Positions 9,874 to 19,687 of a stretch of DNA of 64,000 nucleotides are shown here, piece after piece (position 1 is the stretch's first letter; each line of letters opens with the position of its first letter). This stretch comes from a virus (lineage: Duplodnaviria > Caudoviricetes). The stretch spans positions 32,001 to 96,000 of IMG/VR virus record IMGVR_UViG_3300025986_000001; one strand, given 5' to 3'. The notes under the pieces were generated by a model, which worked only from the letters and a program-made list of their open reading frames with translations, was not told the origin of the DNA and did not search any database. The position numbers and the translations under genes are program-made.

Positions 9874-10157
9874 CGGCCGTCCACCTCCTTGGTGGCCAGT
9901 TCCAGCTGGGTTCGGAAGAAAAGCTTCTCCTCTTCGGGGAGATCTGTGGTTCCGGCGTTCTTGGCCAGCCAGGCGTTGATGCGCTGGCCGTCGCCGGGGC
10001 GCACCCGGGTGACACGCGCGACCATCATCCTGCTGAGCGCCCGCAGGATCTCGGCCTGGCGGTACTGCGCGCCACGCTCGTCGTCGGCGAAAACCTCACC
10101 AGCGGCGACCAGCACCGAGTAGCCGCCCGCGGCAGCGACAGCGACCAGTTCGATCAT
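9870..10157 (-). CDS. Hypothetical protein
   Basis: Coupled in operon. Confidence 0.55.
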   Translation of the reverse strand: MIELVAVAAAGGYSVLVAAGEVFADDERGAQYRQAEILRALSRMMVARVTRVRPGDGQRINAWLAKNAGTTDLPEEEKLFFRTQLELATKEVDGR

Positions 10158-10325
10158 CGGGCCACCACCGCCGGCAGGGATTCCAGGACGCGCTGCTTGT
10201 CGTTGGGCCACCAGGCCGGCGGTCTCGGGTAGTTGTCGGGCATGGGGTTGCCGTTCTGTGTGAGTCCAGGTCGCCGGTTGGCGACCTCCGCAACGTCCAG
10301 GTCCACCTGGGCGCCACGGGGGTCG

Positions 10326-10793
10326 TCAGCTCAGTTGCCTCCACAGCGCGCGCAGGTTGGTGCCGCTGGCGATGCCACCGGTTGCCGGGTCGTACAGATT
10401 CTCCACCGCGGGTACGACAATGCGTCCGGCTGCACGGTACTGGCGTATTTTGGCCCTGGTCCGCGTGCCGTCGACGGCGAACGGCTCCGCGCGGACCTGG
10501 TCGCCATCCTTGATCAAGCTCAGGTAGTGCGTGGGGCCGTAGCGTTGCAGCCACTGACTGGTGCCTTGAAACGCCCGGTCGGCCTGCCGGCCGATCTCGC
10601 GCAGCGAGACACCGTCGAGATAGTGCAGGTCGGCGACCGCGGCGGCGCGCCACTGCATGACGAACCGCTGCGGCACCCTCTCGATCTCTTCGAGCAGGTC
10701 GCAGGCCTCCCGCACGCGCTGCAGCGGCGGCATTTCCCGGGTCAGTTCGTAGAGCCGGTCCATGAAGTTGTAGATGTCGTCGGTCGTGAGCAT
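10326..10793 (-). CDS. Hypothetical protein, possible HTH
   Basis: GVSLREIGRQADRAFQGTSQWL. Confidence 0.7.
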   Translation of the reverse strand: MLTTDDIYNFMDRLYELTREMPPLQRVREACDLLEEIERVPQRFVMQWRAAAVADLHYLDGVSLREIGRQADRAFQGTSQWLQRYGPTHYLSLIKDGDQVRAEPFAVDGTRTRAKIRQYRAAGRIVVPAVENLYDPATGGIASGTNLRALWRQLS

Positions 10794-10933
10794 GGTGTGA
10801 TCACCTTCTTCCGTCAGGGTGCGGGAACAGCCCCGCCCCGCCGATCGAGATAGGCGTCTCGACCGGCGGGGCGGGTTCCCAGGAAAAACACTGCATGAGT
10901 CCGTCGCAGCCTACGACCCGACGAGCGTTTTGT

Positions 10934-11560
10934 CTAGCTTGACTTGACGTCCGGGTCCGGCCGGGCCGGCAACCGCCGGCGCCAGTCGGGCAACTTCACC
11001 CGGATGCCGTAAGTGCCCTCGGCCTCGGCGGTCAAGCCGTGCGCGCGCAGCACCGCAAGCACCCGCTCGGCGTTGGCCCGGTCCGCCTCGGCCTCACCGG
11101 GCGAGCCGCGAGGCACGAACGAGCCGTGCGCCATGACGATCTCGCCTTCGTCGAGGATCCGCTCGGCCGTCTGCGAGTTGAAGTACACGTACCCGGACAG
11201 CTGCGGCCGATTCGGCAGCTCGTTCTTCCACAGCGCCCAGCTGGCGCAGCTACCGCAGCACCAGAAGTTCATCCGAGCCAGCACCCCGGCCGCGTCCAGC
11301 TCCGCGAACGCGGCCTCCAACCGGTCGGCGTCACTGCGCCCGGTCCAGGTCTGCTGCTCGGCGACCCGCTCGTCCCAGACCCGCGCGGCGGCGGCCCGGA
11401 TTCCCCGCTCGCTGATCGCGTCGGGGTTGTCGAACGACTCCCAGGACCACATGACGAACTTCTCGTACTCGAGCAGGCCGAGCTGCAGCTGGTTGCCCAT
11501 CTGCGCGCGGATGCCGTCGGCCAGTTCGTCCTGGTCCAGCCGGGGCAGGTTGGCTTTCAC
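10934..11560 (-). CDS. DUF6891-like protein
   Basis: DRLEAAFAELDAAGVLARMNFWCCGSCA, GYVYFNSQ motifs. Confidence 0.7.
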   Translation of the reverse strand: MKANLPRLDQDELADGIRAQMGNQLQLGLLEYEKFVMWSWESFDNPDAISERGIRAAAARVWDERVAEQQTWTGRSDADRLEAAFAELDAAGVLARMNFWCCGSCASWALWKNELPNRPQLSGYVYFNSQTAERILDEGEIVMAHGSFVPRGSPGEAEADRANAERVLAVLRAHGLTAEAEGTYGIRVKLPDWRRRLPARPDPDVKSS

Positions 11561-11874
11561 ATGTTCTCCAGTCGGATCGTGACGTCGCCGCGGTCCGCGC
11601 CGGCGCGCCAGTCGATGGCGTACAGGTTGGTTGCCTCGTCAGCCGGTGCGTAATCGACGTGCGCGAAGTCCTGCTCGCGTTCCAGCACGCACCAGTCGAT
11701 GCCGGTGATGTCCCGGAACCCGTACCGCTGGCGCAGCATCGCCATCACAGCCTGGACGACCCCGCTGGGGGCATGCACGCTCAGGTGCATCCATTCAGAA
11801 CCGGTACTCAGCTCCGGCAGTTCGGCAGCGAGCTCGTCGAGCCGGCGCGTCTTGTCGTTCCCGACAGTTTCCAT
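11557..11874 (-). CDS. Hypothetical protein
   Basis: GAGGAG RBS. Confidence 0.65.
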   Translation of the reverse strand: METVGNDKTRRLDELAAELPELSTGSEWMHLSVHAPSGVVQAVMAMLRQRYGFRDITGIDWCVLEREQDFAHVDYAPADEATNLYAIDWRAGADRGDVTIRLENM

Positions 11875-11876
11875 GA

Positions 11877-12140
11877 TCAGTTCTCCTCGGTGTCTCGGAT
11901 GCCGGCGCCGGCAGGCAGCGACACGATGTTCTCGGCCAGGTGCAGCCGTCCGGCGCCGGCGAGGCGGCGCACCGCGGCCCGGACCACGCCGGGGGTTTCG
12001 ATCTCCAGGTGGTCGGCGAGCACCCGGACCAGTTCGCTCAGCGGCGCCGCGCCGAACTTCAGGTAGACGGCCGCGGCTGCGGCCGTCCGGTCGTCCTGCT
12101 CGGCCAGCGTCTCGATCACGCCGACGGTGGTTCCGATCAT
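11877..12140 (-). CDS. Hypothetical protein
   Basis: GAGGAGAG RBS. Confidence 0.6.
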   Translation of the reverse strand: MIGTTVGVIETLAEQDDRTAAAAAVYLKFGAAPLSELVRVLADHLEIETPGVVRAAVRRLAGAGRLHLAENIVSLPAGAGIRDTEEN

Positions 12141-12156
12141 TCTCTCTCCTCGATCA

Positions 12157-12585
12157 TCAGGGCATGCCGCTGGTGATGTCCCAGCAGCCCACCGTGGTAA
12201 CGACCCAGACCTGCGGATAGCGCCGGGTCAGGTCCAGCCCGGTTTCGTGGGCAAGCGTGGCGTCGGAGAACACACGCTCGTTCGGCAGCAGCTCGTCCAG
12301 CGGGCGCTCCAGCGGGCCGCCGTCGCCGTGACCGATCCACAGGTAGAACCGTCCGGAACGCAGATCGCCGCAGCGCAGCTGCCGGGCCACCTCGCGCCAC
12401 ATTTCCCGGCCCTGCTGCTCGAACGCGGCGACCGGGTTCTCGATGGTGAAGAACCCGGCGTCGCGGCGCAGTTCCAGCATGCAACGGGGGCAGTTGTCCG
12501 GCGCGGTGATCGCCGCGTACCGGCCGCAGTCGCGGCACTTGCCGTCGCTGAGCCGGTGCGGCAGCACCTTCCATCGATTGATCAC
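12157..12585 (-). CDS. Zinc-ribbon protein
   Basis: CRDCG...CPRC. Confidence 0.6.
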   Translation of the reverse strand: MINRWKVLPHRLSDGKCRDCGRYAAITAPDNCPRCMLELRRDAGFFTIENPVAAFEQQGREMWREVARQLRCGDLRSGRFYLWIGHGDGGPLERPLDELLPNERVFSDATLAHETGLDLTRRYPQVWVVTTVGCWDITSGMP

Positions 12586-12812
12586 TGCTCGCCTCGCGGT
12601 CGCAGCGAGCAGTCGACCTGGGTCTTGTTGTCGACGAGCAGCACCCACTCGTGGGCCAGGTACGCGTACGAGCACCGCCGGCACATCACACCCTCATACA
12701 TCGATGTCATCGGTTGCACGTTCGGCACGCCGAGATACCGCGTCGGCAACGGTTGATCGCGGGGGATGCGCTCCAGGTTGAGCAGCAGGTTCAACGTCTG
12801 ATTCAGGCTCAC
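12582..12812 (-). CDS. Hypothetical protein
   Basis: Coupled GTGA overlaps. Confidence 0.55.
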   Translation of the reverse strand: MSLNQTLNLLLNLERIPRDQPLPTRYLGVPNVQPMTSMYEGVMCRRCSYAYLAHEWVLLVDNKTQVDCSLRPRGEQ

Positions 12813-13186
12813 GGGTACAGCACCTCTCCGAACAGGCCGACTTGAATGACATGGTCCACGTCGCGGACGCTCAGACCGGCGACGGGCGCGCCGGTCAGCA
12901 CGGCCAGCAACGCCAGCTGGGTCGCGGCCGGCACACCGATCTCGGCGAGCCGGCCGTGCTGGGTCAACGCGACCTTGATCATGCCCTTGTGGGCCACGTA
13001 CGAGCTGACGCAGTAGCCGATGCCGGCGATCTCCCCCCGGTCACGCGGCCACAGCCTCGGGTCCCGGTCGGCCCCGCCGACGGCGTGCTTGACGTGTGCC
13101 CACGTGTCACAGGCGCCGGGCTCGCCGGCACGCTGCGCAATCTCGTACGCCAGCTGCGCCGTCGCGTCGATCTTCAAATCCGTCAT
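12809..13186 (-). CDS. Hypothetical protein, QxGLFGxVxY family
   Basis: C-terminus VIQVGLFGEVLYP. Confidence 0.7.
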   Translation of the reverse strand: MTDLKIDATAQLAYEIAQRAGEPGACDTWAHVKHAVGGADRDPRLWPRDRGEIAGIGYCVSSYVAHKGMIKVALTQHGRLAEIGVPAATQLALLAVLTGAPVAGLSVRDVDHVIQVGLFGEVLYP

Positions 13187-13287
13187 GGTCTCTCCATCTC
13201 CGCGCGGTACACAACGGTGGGATGAGGCCGAACGCCCGTTCGGCCTCATCCATCGATGGTCCACCACAGGTACGACAGAAACGCAGC

Positions 13288-13530
13288 TCAGGAGGCCAGC
13301 GGCAACAAGCGCAGGTTCCCGATTGCCAGGACCTGGAAGGCCCGGCCGTGCGGGCAGTCGACGGACGCGCCGTTCGGGCACTCGTTGCAGAAGGTCACCG
13401 TGTGGTTGGGGTCGGACGTGGTCTGCACCAACGTCTGCAACCGTTCGGCGTCGGCTCGGGTCATCTCCACCGAGTATTCGGTGAAGTCGGGGGCGACGTC
13501 GAAGGTCACCAGGGTGTCCAGCTTGCTCAT
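13288..13530 (-). CDS. Hypothetical protein
   Basis: GAGGAG RBS, MSKLDTLV. Confidence 0.65.
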   Translation of the reverse strand: MSKLDTLVTFDVAPDFTEYSVEMTRADAERLQTLVQTTSDPNHTVTFCNECPNGASVDCPHGRAFQVLAIGNLRLLPLAS

Positions 13531-13544
13531 GATCTTTCTCCTCG

Positions 13545-13616
13545 TCTCCGCGGGCAGGTCGCCCGGCGGCGGCACAGGACCGGCGGCATGTCCGGTCCCG
13601 ACCGTCACCCGGGCGG
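13545..13616 (-). ncRNA. Diverged copy of the intergenic structured element
   Basis: cgcccgg/ccgggcg and ggcgg/ccgtc stems, ggaccgg hairpin; between stop and RBS. Confidence 0.55.
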
Positions 13617-13617
13617 C

Positions 13618-13959
13618 TCACAGCCGGTCGACCTCGCCCGACCAGCGCAACAGCGTGGTGCCGATCTGGATGATGTCGCCGGGCATCAGCGTGATGAAGA
13701 TGCCCGGCCCGCATTTGAGTTTCAGGGCGCGCCGATGCACCCGGGTGCCGTTGGTCGAACCCAGGTCGGACAGTTCCGAGATGCCGGGGCACCCGTTGAC
13801 CGGGTTGCGCTGGACCGCGCGGACCACCTTGGCGTGCCGGCTAGATACGCAGGGGTCGCCGGTGATCTGGATGTCGCAGTCGTCGGCCGTCCCGATGACC
13901 ACCTCGTTGCGCGGGCGGTCGGACATGCGGGCCTGCACGCTGATGGACGCGGTTGTCAT
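13618..13959 (-). CDS. Stand-alone FHA domain protein
   Basis: VIGTADDCDI, VSSRHA, LSDLGSTNGT motifs. Confidence 0.85.
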   Translation of the reverse strand: MTTASISVQARMSDRPRNEVVIGTADDCDIQITGDPCVSSRHAKVVRAVQRNPVNGCPGISELSDLGSTNGTRVHRRALKLKCGPGIFITLMPGDIIQIGTTLLRWSGEVDRL

Positions 13960-14189
13960 GCTCGCTCCTTGATTTTTCCTGAGTGCCCCGGCAAGGGATC
14001 ACTGCGTACTTCGTCGTTGCACCTGACCTCGATGGCGCCGCGGATCACGTGCAGCGGGATCAAGTCACGGCTGGCTTGGCCGTAGTCGACGACCAGCACC
14101 TCACCGTGGACGGCGGCGCTCTGGCACGGTTTCCAGTCAGTCCAGGCCGAAAATTCCATCCAGCGAACCATCAGTGGAAAATCGTTCAT
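13956..14189 (-). CDS. Hypothetical protein
   Basis: Coupled start MNDFPL. Confidence 0.55.
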   Translation of the reverse strand: MNDFPLMVRWMEFSAWTDWKPCQSAAVHGEVLVVDYGQASRDLIPLHVIRGAIEVRCNDEVRSDPLPGHSGKIKERA

Positions 14190-14434
14190 CGCCCAAACCC
14201 GTACGTCTTCGGGTCGCAGGCGCGCTGCAACGCCTCCTCGGCCCCCGGGTTGGCGTCGCAGTAGCGCCGCCACGCAGCGGCACTCTCCTCGTCGGCCCAG
14301 GCGTCGTTGCACTGCACCTCGTCGTTGAGGAACCGCTCGTGGCAGCGCAGGGTGCACGGGTCGGCCAGCGGGCAACCGCGGACCTCGGCGCACGCGACGG
14401 CCGGGTCGAACGGTTCGGGCTCGATCATTGTCAT
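14186..14434 (-). CDS. Small Cys-rich protein
   Basis: AAAGGA RBS. Confidence 0.6.
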   Translation of the reverse strand: MTMIEPEPFDPAVACAEVRGCPLADPCTLRCHERFLNDEVQCNDAWADEESAAAWRRYCDANPGAEEALQRACDPKTYGFGR

Positions 14435-14447
14435 GAGGGATCCTTTC

Positions 14448-14972
14448 TCAGCCGGCTCGGCCGAGCCGGTGTGCGTTCAGACTGACTACGTTGCTGACCA
14501 ACTGGCCGGTCATCTCATACCGGGTCCAGGCTCTCCGCGTCATCTGGTCATGCCACCGGATGTCGTCGCTGCTCAGCGCGTTCAGCGCCACCAGGTCGGG
14601 GTCGGACACATTGCCGAACCAGCGTGCATATGCCATCAGCGTGCGCTCGCCCTGCTCCTTGGGAGCGCGGCCGTTGGAGGTCATCCGAATGCCGTAGAAG
14701 CGGCGCTCCTTCAGCTCCTTCAGCGCTCGTTTGATCCGGACCTCGCCGTAGGGCCGATAGCCCGAGCTGGTGCGCGCTTCAACGTCGCGGTGAAACTGCA
14801 GCAGCTCGTTGAGGCCCGGTACCTGGAACTCGGGGAAGGTCAGCGCGAGGTCAAGGACGGTGCGCGCCTCCTTGCTGAGCGGCCGAGGGCCGGCTACATC
14901 GCTGAGCGCGGTGGCGAACCAGGGTTCGCCCTGGGGAACGCGAAATTGACCTACCCCTCGGGTGGTCTTCAT
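14448..14972 (-). CDS. Hypothetical protein, possible winged-helix next to the origin-like region
   Basis: LSKEAR...RIKRALKELKERRFY. Confidence 0.6.
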   Translation of the reverse strand: MKTTRGVGQFRVPQGEPWFATALSDVAGPRPLSKEARTVLDLALTFPEFQVPGLNELLQFHRDVEARTSSGYRPYGEVRIKRALKELKERRFYGIRMTSNGRAPKEQGERTLMAYARWFGNVSDPDLVALNALSSDDIRWHDQMTRRAWTRYEMTGQLVSNVVSLNAHRLGRAG

Positions 14973-15132
14973 GACGCCACCGTGTTACAGAAGTGGAACA
15001 CGGCCATGATCTCCGGTAGCATGGGGGCTCGATTCGTTTGCCGCAGTCGTAAGAACAAGCTTCCAACTCTTGGCGTGAGCAGGAGCTTTCAGAAAACCCG
15101 GGCTGGCAGGCCCGGGTTTTCTGTTTTCCGAG

Positions 15133-15384
15133 CTAGGCAGCCCGGGACGTATGTGGATCTTGCTGGCGTAGCTCTTGCCGCCTCAACGCCTGGGCTCGAC
15201 GGTTGGTGACGGTCGACGGGATGACGCTGAGGCGCTCCGCGATTGTCGCGATGGGGCCGCCGGTAGAGACCGCGATGTACAGCTCGTCGATCTCGACGTC
15301 GAGACGATCTCGCTCTTCCTGCAGAGCGATCAGGCGCTCAACATTCTCGTCGAAGCCCTCGGGCTTGGGTCGTCGCAATGCCAT
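15133..15384 (-). CDS. Small HTH protein
   Basis: IATIAERLSVIPSTV. Confidence 0.6.
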   Translation of the reverse strand: MALRRPKPEGFDENVERLIALQEERDRLDVEIDELYIAVSTGGPIATIAERLSVIPSTVTNRRAQALRRQELRQQDPHTSRAA

Positions 15385-15562
15385 GCGAAGGACGATAGCA
15401 GGTCCTACGAGTAGCTCGTAGCGGCTCAAGAAACTCGGCGCGTTGAGCCCGACGTCCGAGCGGCGAATTTCCGCTCGGACAGAAGAGACGAAGTCTCTTA
15501 GGGTTTTGATTTTAAGTTCTTATATAAGTACTTCTTTCTAGTAGGTAGTTGTGGGGATCCGT

Positions 15563-15968
15563 GCGATACCTTCAATCTGACCTGCGGAAACTCCGTGTTT
15601 GCCCAGGTCAGATTGAAGGTATCGCGACAGCACCTTCCGACCCCTCTGGGTAGGTCTCTACGAGGGACCAGACTTGATCACGTTCCGTCGATGCCAACAG
15701 CTGTCTCACCTGCAGAGATAGATCGTTGAGGGGTTCCGCGAAAAATCCTGGAAAACCACGTGATGGCACTTGCCATCCACCTAGTTTCTAAAAAATCTTG
15801 GGATGGCAAGTGCCATCACGTGGTTTTGCGGAATTACCGAACAACCACTGACCTGCGAAGATGTAATAAACGGAAAACCCCAGCGATGGCAATTGCCATC
15901 CAATAGTTTTCCGTTTTGTCCGATTTAACCCAGCTATGGCAAACGCCATGCAGGGGGTTTTCCGTTTA
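15563..15968. promoter_or_regulatory. AT-rich origin/operator-like region with nested inverted repeats
   Basis: 22-bp IR at 15563-15584/15604-15625; 27-bp IR at 15752-15778/15801-15827; four ATGGCAnnYGCCAT palindromes. Confidence 0.6.
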
Positions 15969-16103
15969 TTCGTGCGGACGGGCCGGCTGGCGGAGAAACG
16001 TGATGCAGTCCACACTTCGAGTGCTTATTTCTGGGCAGATGCGAGCGCCGTTCATTGATGTACTGGGCGCAGCGACAACCCCACCTAGACGCTCTTGGAG
16101 TCC

Positions 16104-16574
16104 ATGATGAATGCCGCCCTGTCCCGCTTCCTGCTCGTCTCCGCCGCCCTGACCGCTATGCACGAGGTCGGCGACCACTGGGTGCAGACCGACCGCCAGG
16201 CCTGCACGAAGGGCGCACCGGGCTGGCCCGGCCGGCTGGCCTGCGCCGCGCACGTCGCGACCTACACCGCCACCGGCGCGCTCGCGGTGACGGCGGCCTC
16301 GCGGCGGCTGCGAGTGCCGATGTCCGGCGGCTGGCTGGCCGCCGGACTGGCGCTGAACGCGGCGAGCCACTACGTCGCGGACCGCCGCACGCCGCTGCGG
16401 CAGCTGGCCCGCCTGACCGGCCGAGCCGGCTACCTGCAGCACGCCACGGTGGTGCGCCGCCCGGACGGCGCGGCGCAGGACACCGGCCCGGGTACGGGCC
16501 TGTTCCACCTCGACCAGAGCTGGCACTACGGCTGGATCTTCGTCTCCGCGCTGCTGGCCGCCGGCCGCGACTGA
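16104..16574 (+). CDS. DUF3307-like membrane protein
   Basis: HEVGDHWVQT, HYVADR, LDQSWH motifs. Confidence 0.8.
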   Translation: MMNAALSRFLLVSAALTAMHEVGDHWVQTDRQACTKGAPGWPGRLACAAHVATYTATGALAVTAASRRLRVPMSGGWLAAGLALNAASHYVADRRTPLRQLARLTGRAGYLQHATVVRRPDGAAQDTGPGTGLFHLDQSWHYGWIFVSALLAAGRD

Positions 16575-16756
16575 TCCGCCTCGCCGGGCAACCGTCTGTG
16601 CTCGTCGAGGCCGAGCCGCTCGTAGAGCTGGCGCAGCCGCGCCTCGACGCCGCCGGTGCGCGCCAGGTACGCGTCCACCGCGGCGAGCAGTTCGTCGTTG
16701 AAGACGCTGAGCTCCGCGTCCAGTTCCTCGTCGGTCATCTCAGGCTCGTCGGTCAT
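16526..16756 (-). CDS. Small acidic hypothetical protein
   Basis: AAGGAGGAG RBS. Confidence 0.55.
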   Translation of the reverse strand: MTDEPEMTDEELDAELSVFNDELLAAVDAYLARTGGVEARLRQLYERLGLDEHRRLPGEADQSRPAASSAETKIQP

Positions 16757-17252
16757 GATCTCCTCCTTCGGGTTGGTCCCTCATCAGGTAGGGGCCGTCG
16801 GAGGGGCAAGCCGTGAAGTCGTTCAGCCGTGCAAAACTATGACGCGCGTCACATATATACGAAGGTCACTGGTTTTGGCCGGAAATCAAAACGCGTTCTG
16901 GGGAAAAAGGGAAATTTCAAAAGTTGAGGTGTGACCTGCGTCACATCTTCGCGCAGGCCGGGGGATGGGCGGGTTCATCGCACCTAGGGGATGGCATCAG
17001 AACAAGGACCCGCCGCAGACGGCGCTGAGAGCGTCCAGGACGACACGACAGGCGCTCCTGGTAGCTCGGTATACCCCAGGGTGCCGTCAGGAGCTCAGCG
17101 GGCCAGGTGGGGGCGTCCGGAAATACGGGCGGCCCCGTACCGGGGGCATGTCCGGTACGGGGCCGCTGATCGGGCAGGTTACGGGGTCAGTCGCCGGCGA
17201 TGTGTCTCGTGGCGCAGTAGCGCCGCGGTGATTGCAGGGGCCTGTGTGTCGT

Positions 17253-17993
17253 TCAGCGCGGGTAGAGCACGTCGCCGTTGTAGGTCTTCGGGCGCAGCCG
17301 CACGTTGTCGTCGAGGACGCTGATGTCGCCGTTGTAGGTTTCGGCCCATACCTGCGGGCGGGCATCACCGACGGCACCGACGGCGATGTTGCCGTTGTAG
17401 CTTTTGAGCTTGGATTCTTCGCCTACACCCAGCGCGCGGACATCGCCGTTGTAACTCTTCAGCCGTACCTGCGTGACGCCGACGCTGTGCACGTCGCCGT
17501 TGTAGCTTTTGCCCTTCGCGCTGCTGCCGGGCGGCAGGATGGCCCGCAGATGGATGACGGCGGGAGGGTCGCCGGCCGCGGCGCCGTTGTCGTCGCCCTC
17601 GACCAGTTTGCCGTTGATGTAGGTCTTACCGCCGCGGACCTGGATCCGTTTGCCGTTGATCATCATGTCGGCGTCACCTCGGCCGATCGCGATGGTCCCG
17701 CCGGACACCACGACGCCGCTGCTGATGTTCATGACGGAGGTGCCGCCGAAACTGCTGATCATGGTGCCACCGGTGGCCTCGGCCGGGAGGACGAGTTCGA
17801 CGCCTTCGCTGGATTCGCGCAGCGCCAGCCGGTCGATCGCTTCGACGGTGGGGCCGGAGTTGACCTCGGCGTATGCCTCGATCTGCGCCCGGCGGCAGCG
17901 GGAGTCGACCTCGAACGTGATGTTGGAGTTGTAACCCTCCAGGGTCAGGTGGATCGCCCCACCGCCGCGGGGCTCGAGAATCCGCGAGTACAT
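17253..17993 (-). CDS. DUF4097-like beta-strand repeat protein
   Basis: Five (S/T)YNG(D/N) repeats. Confidence 0.8.
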   Translation of the reverse strand: MYSRILEPRGGGAIHLTLEGYNSNITFEVDSRCRRAQIEAYAEVNSGPTVEAIDRLALRESSEGVELVLPAEATGGTMISSFGGTSVMNISSGVVVSGGTIAIGRGDADMMINGKRIQVRGGKTYINGKLVEGDDNGAAAGDPPAVIHLRAILPPGSSAKGKSYNGDVHSVGVTQVRLKSYNGDVRALGVGEESKLKSYNGNIAVGAVGDARPQVWAETYNGDISVLDDNVRLRPKTYNGDVLYPR

Positions 17994-18082
17994 GATTTGT
18001 TCCTTTCTTCATCGCGCGAACCGCCCTGCTGGCGGCCGCCGCGGACGCCCGGCCGTCGTCGGGCCGGGCGTCACGGGAGCCG

Positions 18083-18355
18083 TCAGCGACCGGCGCCGGC
18101 CTGCTGCATCACCAGCTCGGTCACCGCAACGGCAGCGGTGAGCTGGCCCGGCTGGTCCAGGTCTAGGCCCAGGCTCTGGCCGATGTTCAGGACGGTGGCC
18201 GCCCACACCTCGTCCGGGTCGCCGGGGCCGGCCAGCACCGCCCGCGCGGCGGCGACGGTGAACTCGATGACGGCCTGTACCGCCGGGCGTAGCTCGTCGG
18301 CGACCGCGCGCACCGTTTCGGTCTGCTCGGCGCGCTGAGCTTCCTGCTGATCCAT
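18083..18355 (-). CDS. Hypothetical protein
   Basis: AAGGGAG RBS. Confidence 0.6.
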   Translation of the reverse strand: MDQQEAQRAEQTETVRAVADELRPAVQAVIEFTVAAARAVLAGPGDPDEVWAATVLNIGQSLGLDLDQPGQLTAAVAVTELVMQQAGAGR

Positions 18356-18429
18356 GTCTCTCCCTTCACGTCTGCCGCTCTGGCAGCCGCCGCGCCCGGC
18401 CGGTACCTGCCCGGCCGGCACGGCGGCGG

Positions 18430-18870
18430 TCAGGTGAAGACGACCTGCCCGAAGATCGCCACCTGCAGCACGAGGTCAGCGTCGGTCGTCAGCAGTTCGT
18501 CGGCGTTGACGTGCTGCTCGGCCAGGCGAAGCCGGCGACGAACCGCCTCATCGCCGACATGGCCGCGCATCAGTGCCGGACCGTCGGCGCGCAGGATCGA
18601 CGCGTACGCGGCCTCCAGGCGCCGGGTGGTCGGCACCCAGCCGGGCAGCTGCACCGCACCGGCGTGTTCAGGCTGTTCCGGCAGGACCGGCCAGGCCATC
18701 AGTTGCCGTGGCGTCAGCAGCAGCTGAGGGCTCGGGACCAGGGCGATGACACCGGCCGGGCCGAGATGCTGCTCGGTGACCTCGTACCAGCGCCGGCCCT
18801 CGATGGCCAGCGCGCGTTGCCAGATCCTGTGGTAGAAGGTGCCGCGCACCTCGGAGGTGTACAGGGACAC
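18430..18870 (-). CDS. Hypothetical protein, QxGLFGxVxY family
   Basis: C-terminus VLQVAIFGQVVFT. Confidence 0.65.
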   Translation of the reverse strand: MSLYTSEVRGTFYHRIWQRALAIEGRRWYEVTEQHLGPAGVIALVPSPQLLLTPRQLMAWPVLPEQPEHAGAVQLPGWVPTTRRLEAAYASILRADGPALMRGHVGDEAVRRRLRLAEQHVNADELLTTDADLVLQVAIFGQVVFT

Positions 18871-19019
18871 GGTGGGGTTGTCCTCTCGTCACGATGCCGC
18901 ATCAGCATAGAGGCGCCGTGCGACTTCGCCGGTCTGAGCTGGACATTCGTCGTGTCCAGACAGAAAGGCCACGCGCCCCGGGCGAGTACCTGGGGCGCGT
19001 CGGCAGCGACCTGCGGGGC

Positions 19020-19298
19020 TCAGCCCTGCATCTGGTAGTACGAGATGATTGCCGCCGCGGCCATCCCGCCGGCCTTGTCGAGATCCAGCTCCAACGCCTC
19101 GGCGTTGGCCAGGACGATGGCTGCCCAGATCTCGGCCTCGGGCATCCCCATCTCCCGGCACATCCGGGCGGGAATCGCCAGCTTCCGCGCCAGCTCGGCG
19201 AACTCGGCGGCGCCTTCGGTGTACGCCTCGGCCAGCGCCGCCGTCTTCTCGGCCTTGGTCATGGCGGCGAAGTTCGGGTTCTTCAGGTTCTTGTGCAC
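19020..19298 (-). CDS. Hypothetical protein
   Basis: AGGAAAGG RBS, GTG start. Confidence 0.65.
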   Translation of the reverse strand: MHKNLKNPNFAAMTKAEKTAALAEAYTEGAAEFAELARKLAIPARMCREMGMPEAEIWAAIVLANAEALELDLDKAGGMAAAAIISYYQMQG

Positions 19299-19374
19299 GA
19301 TCACCTTTCCTGACGTCCGCCCTGGACGCCACCGCACCGCACCGGCCTTGCGGGCCGGTACGGCACGGAAGTGT

Positions 19375-19563
19375 TCAGGCGGGGGAGGTGCCGTCCGTGC
19401 GCGGCACGAAGGCCGCGGGACCGTCGGTTCGCAGCGTACGTGCCGCGCGCGAGGCTCGGGCGAAGGCGCCGCGGCGGGTGTTGCGCTGCGGCGGGGCCTC
19501 GTGGTAGGCCACGATGGCGGCCCTGATCAGTTCCGGATCGGTCTCCTTGCGGTACGTGAACAT
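19375..19563 (-). CDS. Small hypothetical protein
   Basis: AGGAG RBS, MFTYRKE. Confidence 0.55.
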   Translation of the reverse strand: MFTYRKETDPELIRAAIVAYHEAPPQRNTRRGAFARASRAARTLRTDGPAAFVPRTDGTSPA

Positions 19564-19687
19564 GGTGGACTCCTGAGGGGTTGTTGTCCGTGCTGTTTCC
19601 TGGCCGGGCGGCCACCGCACACGTCCGGATCCGGGGAGCCGGACGCGACGGCTGGTTGCCAGTCCAACGCGCAAGTTGCACCTCAGG

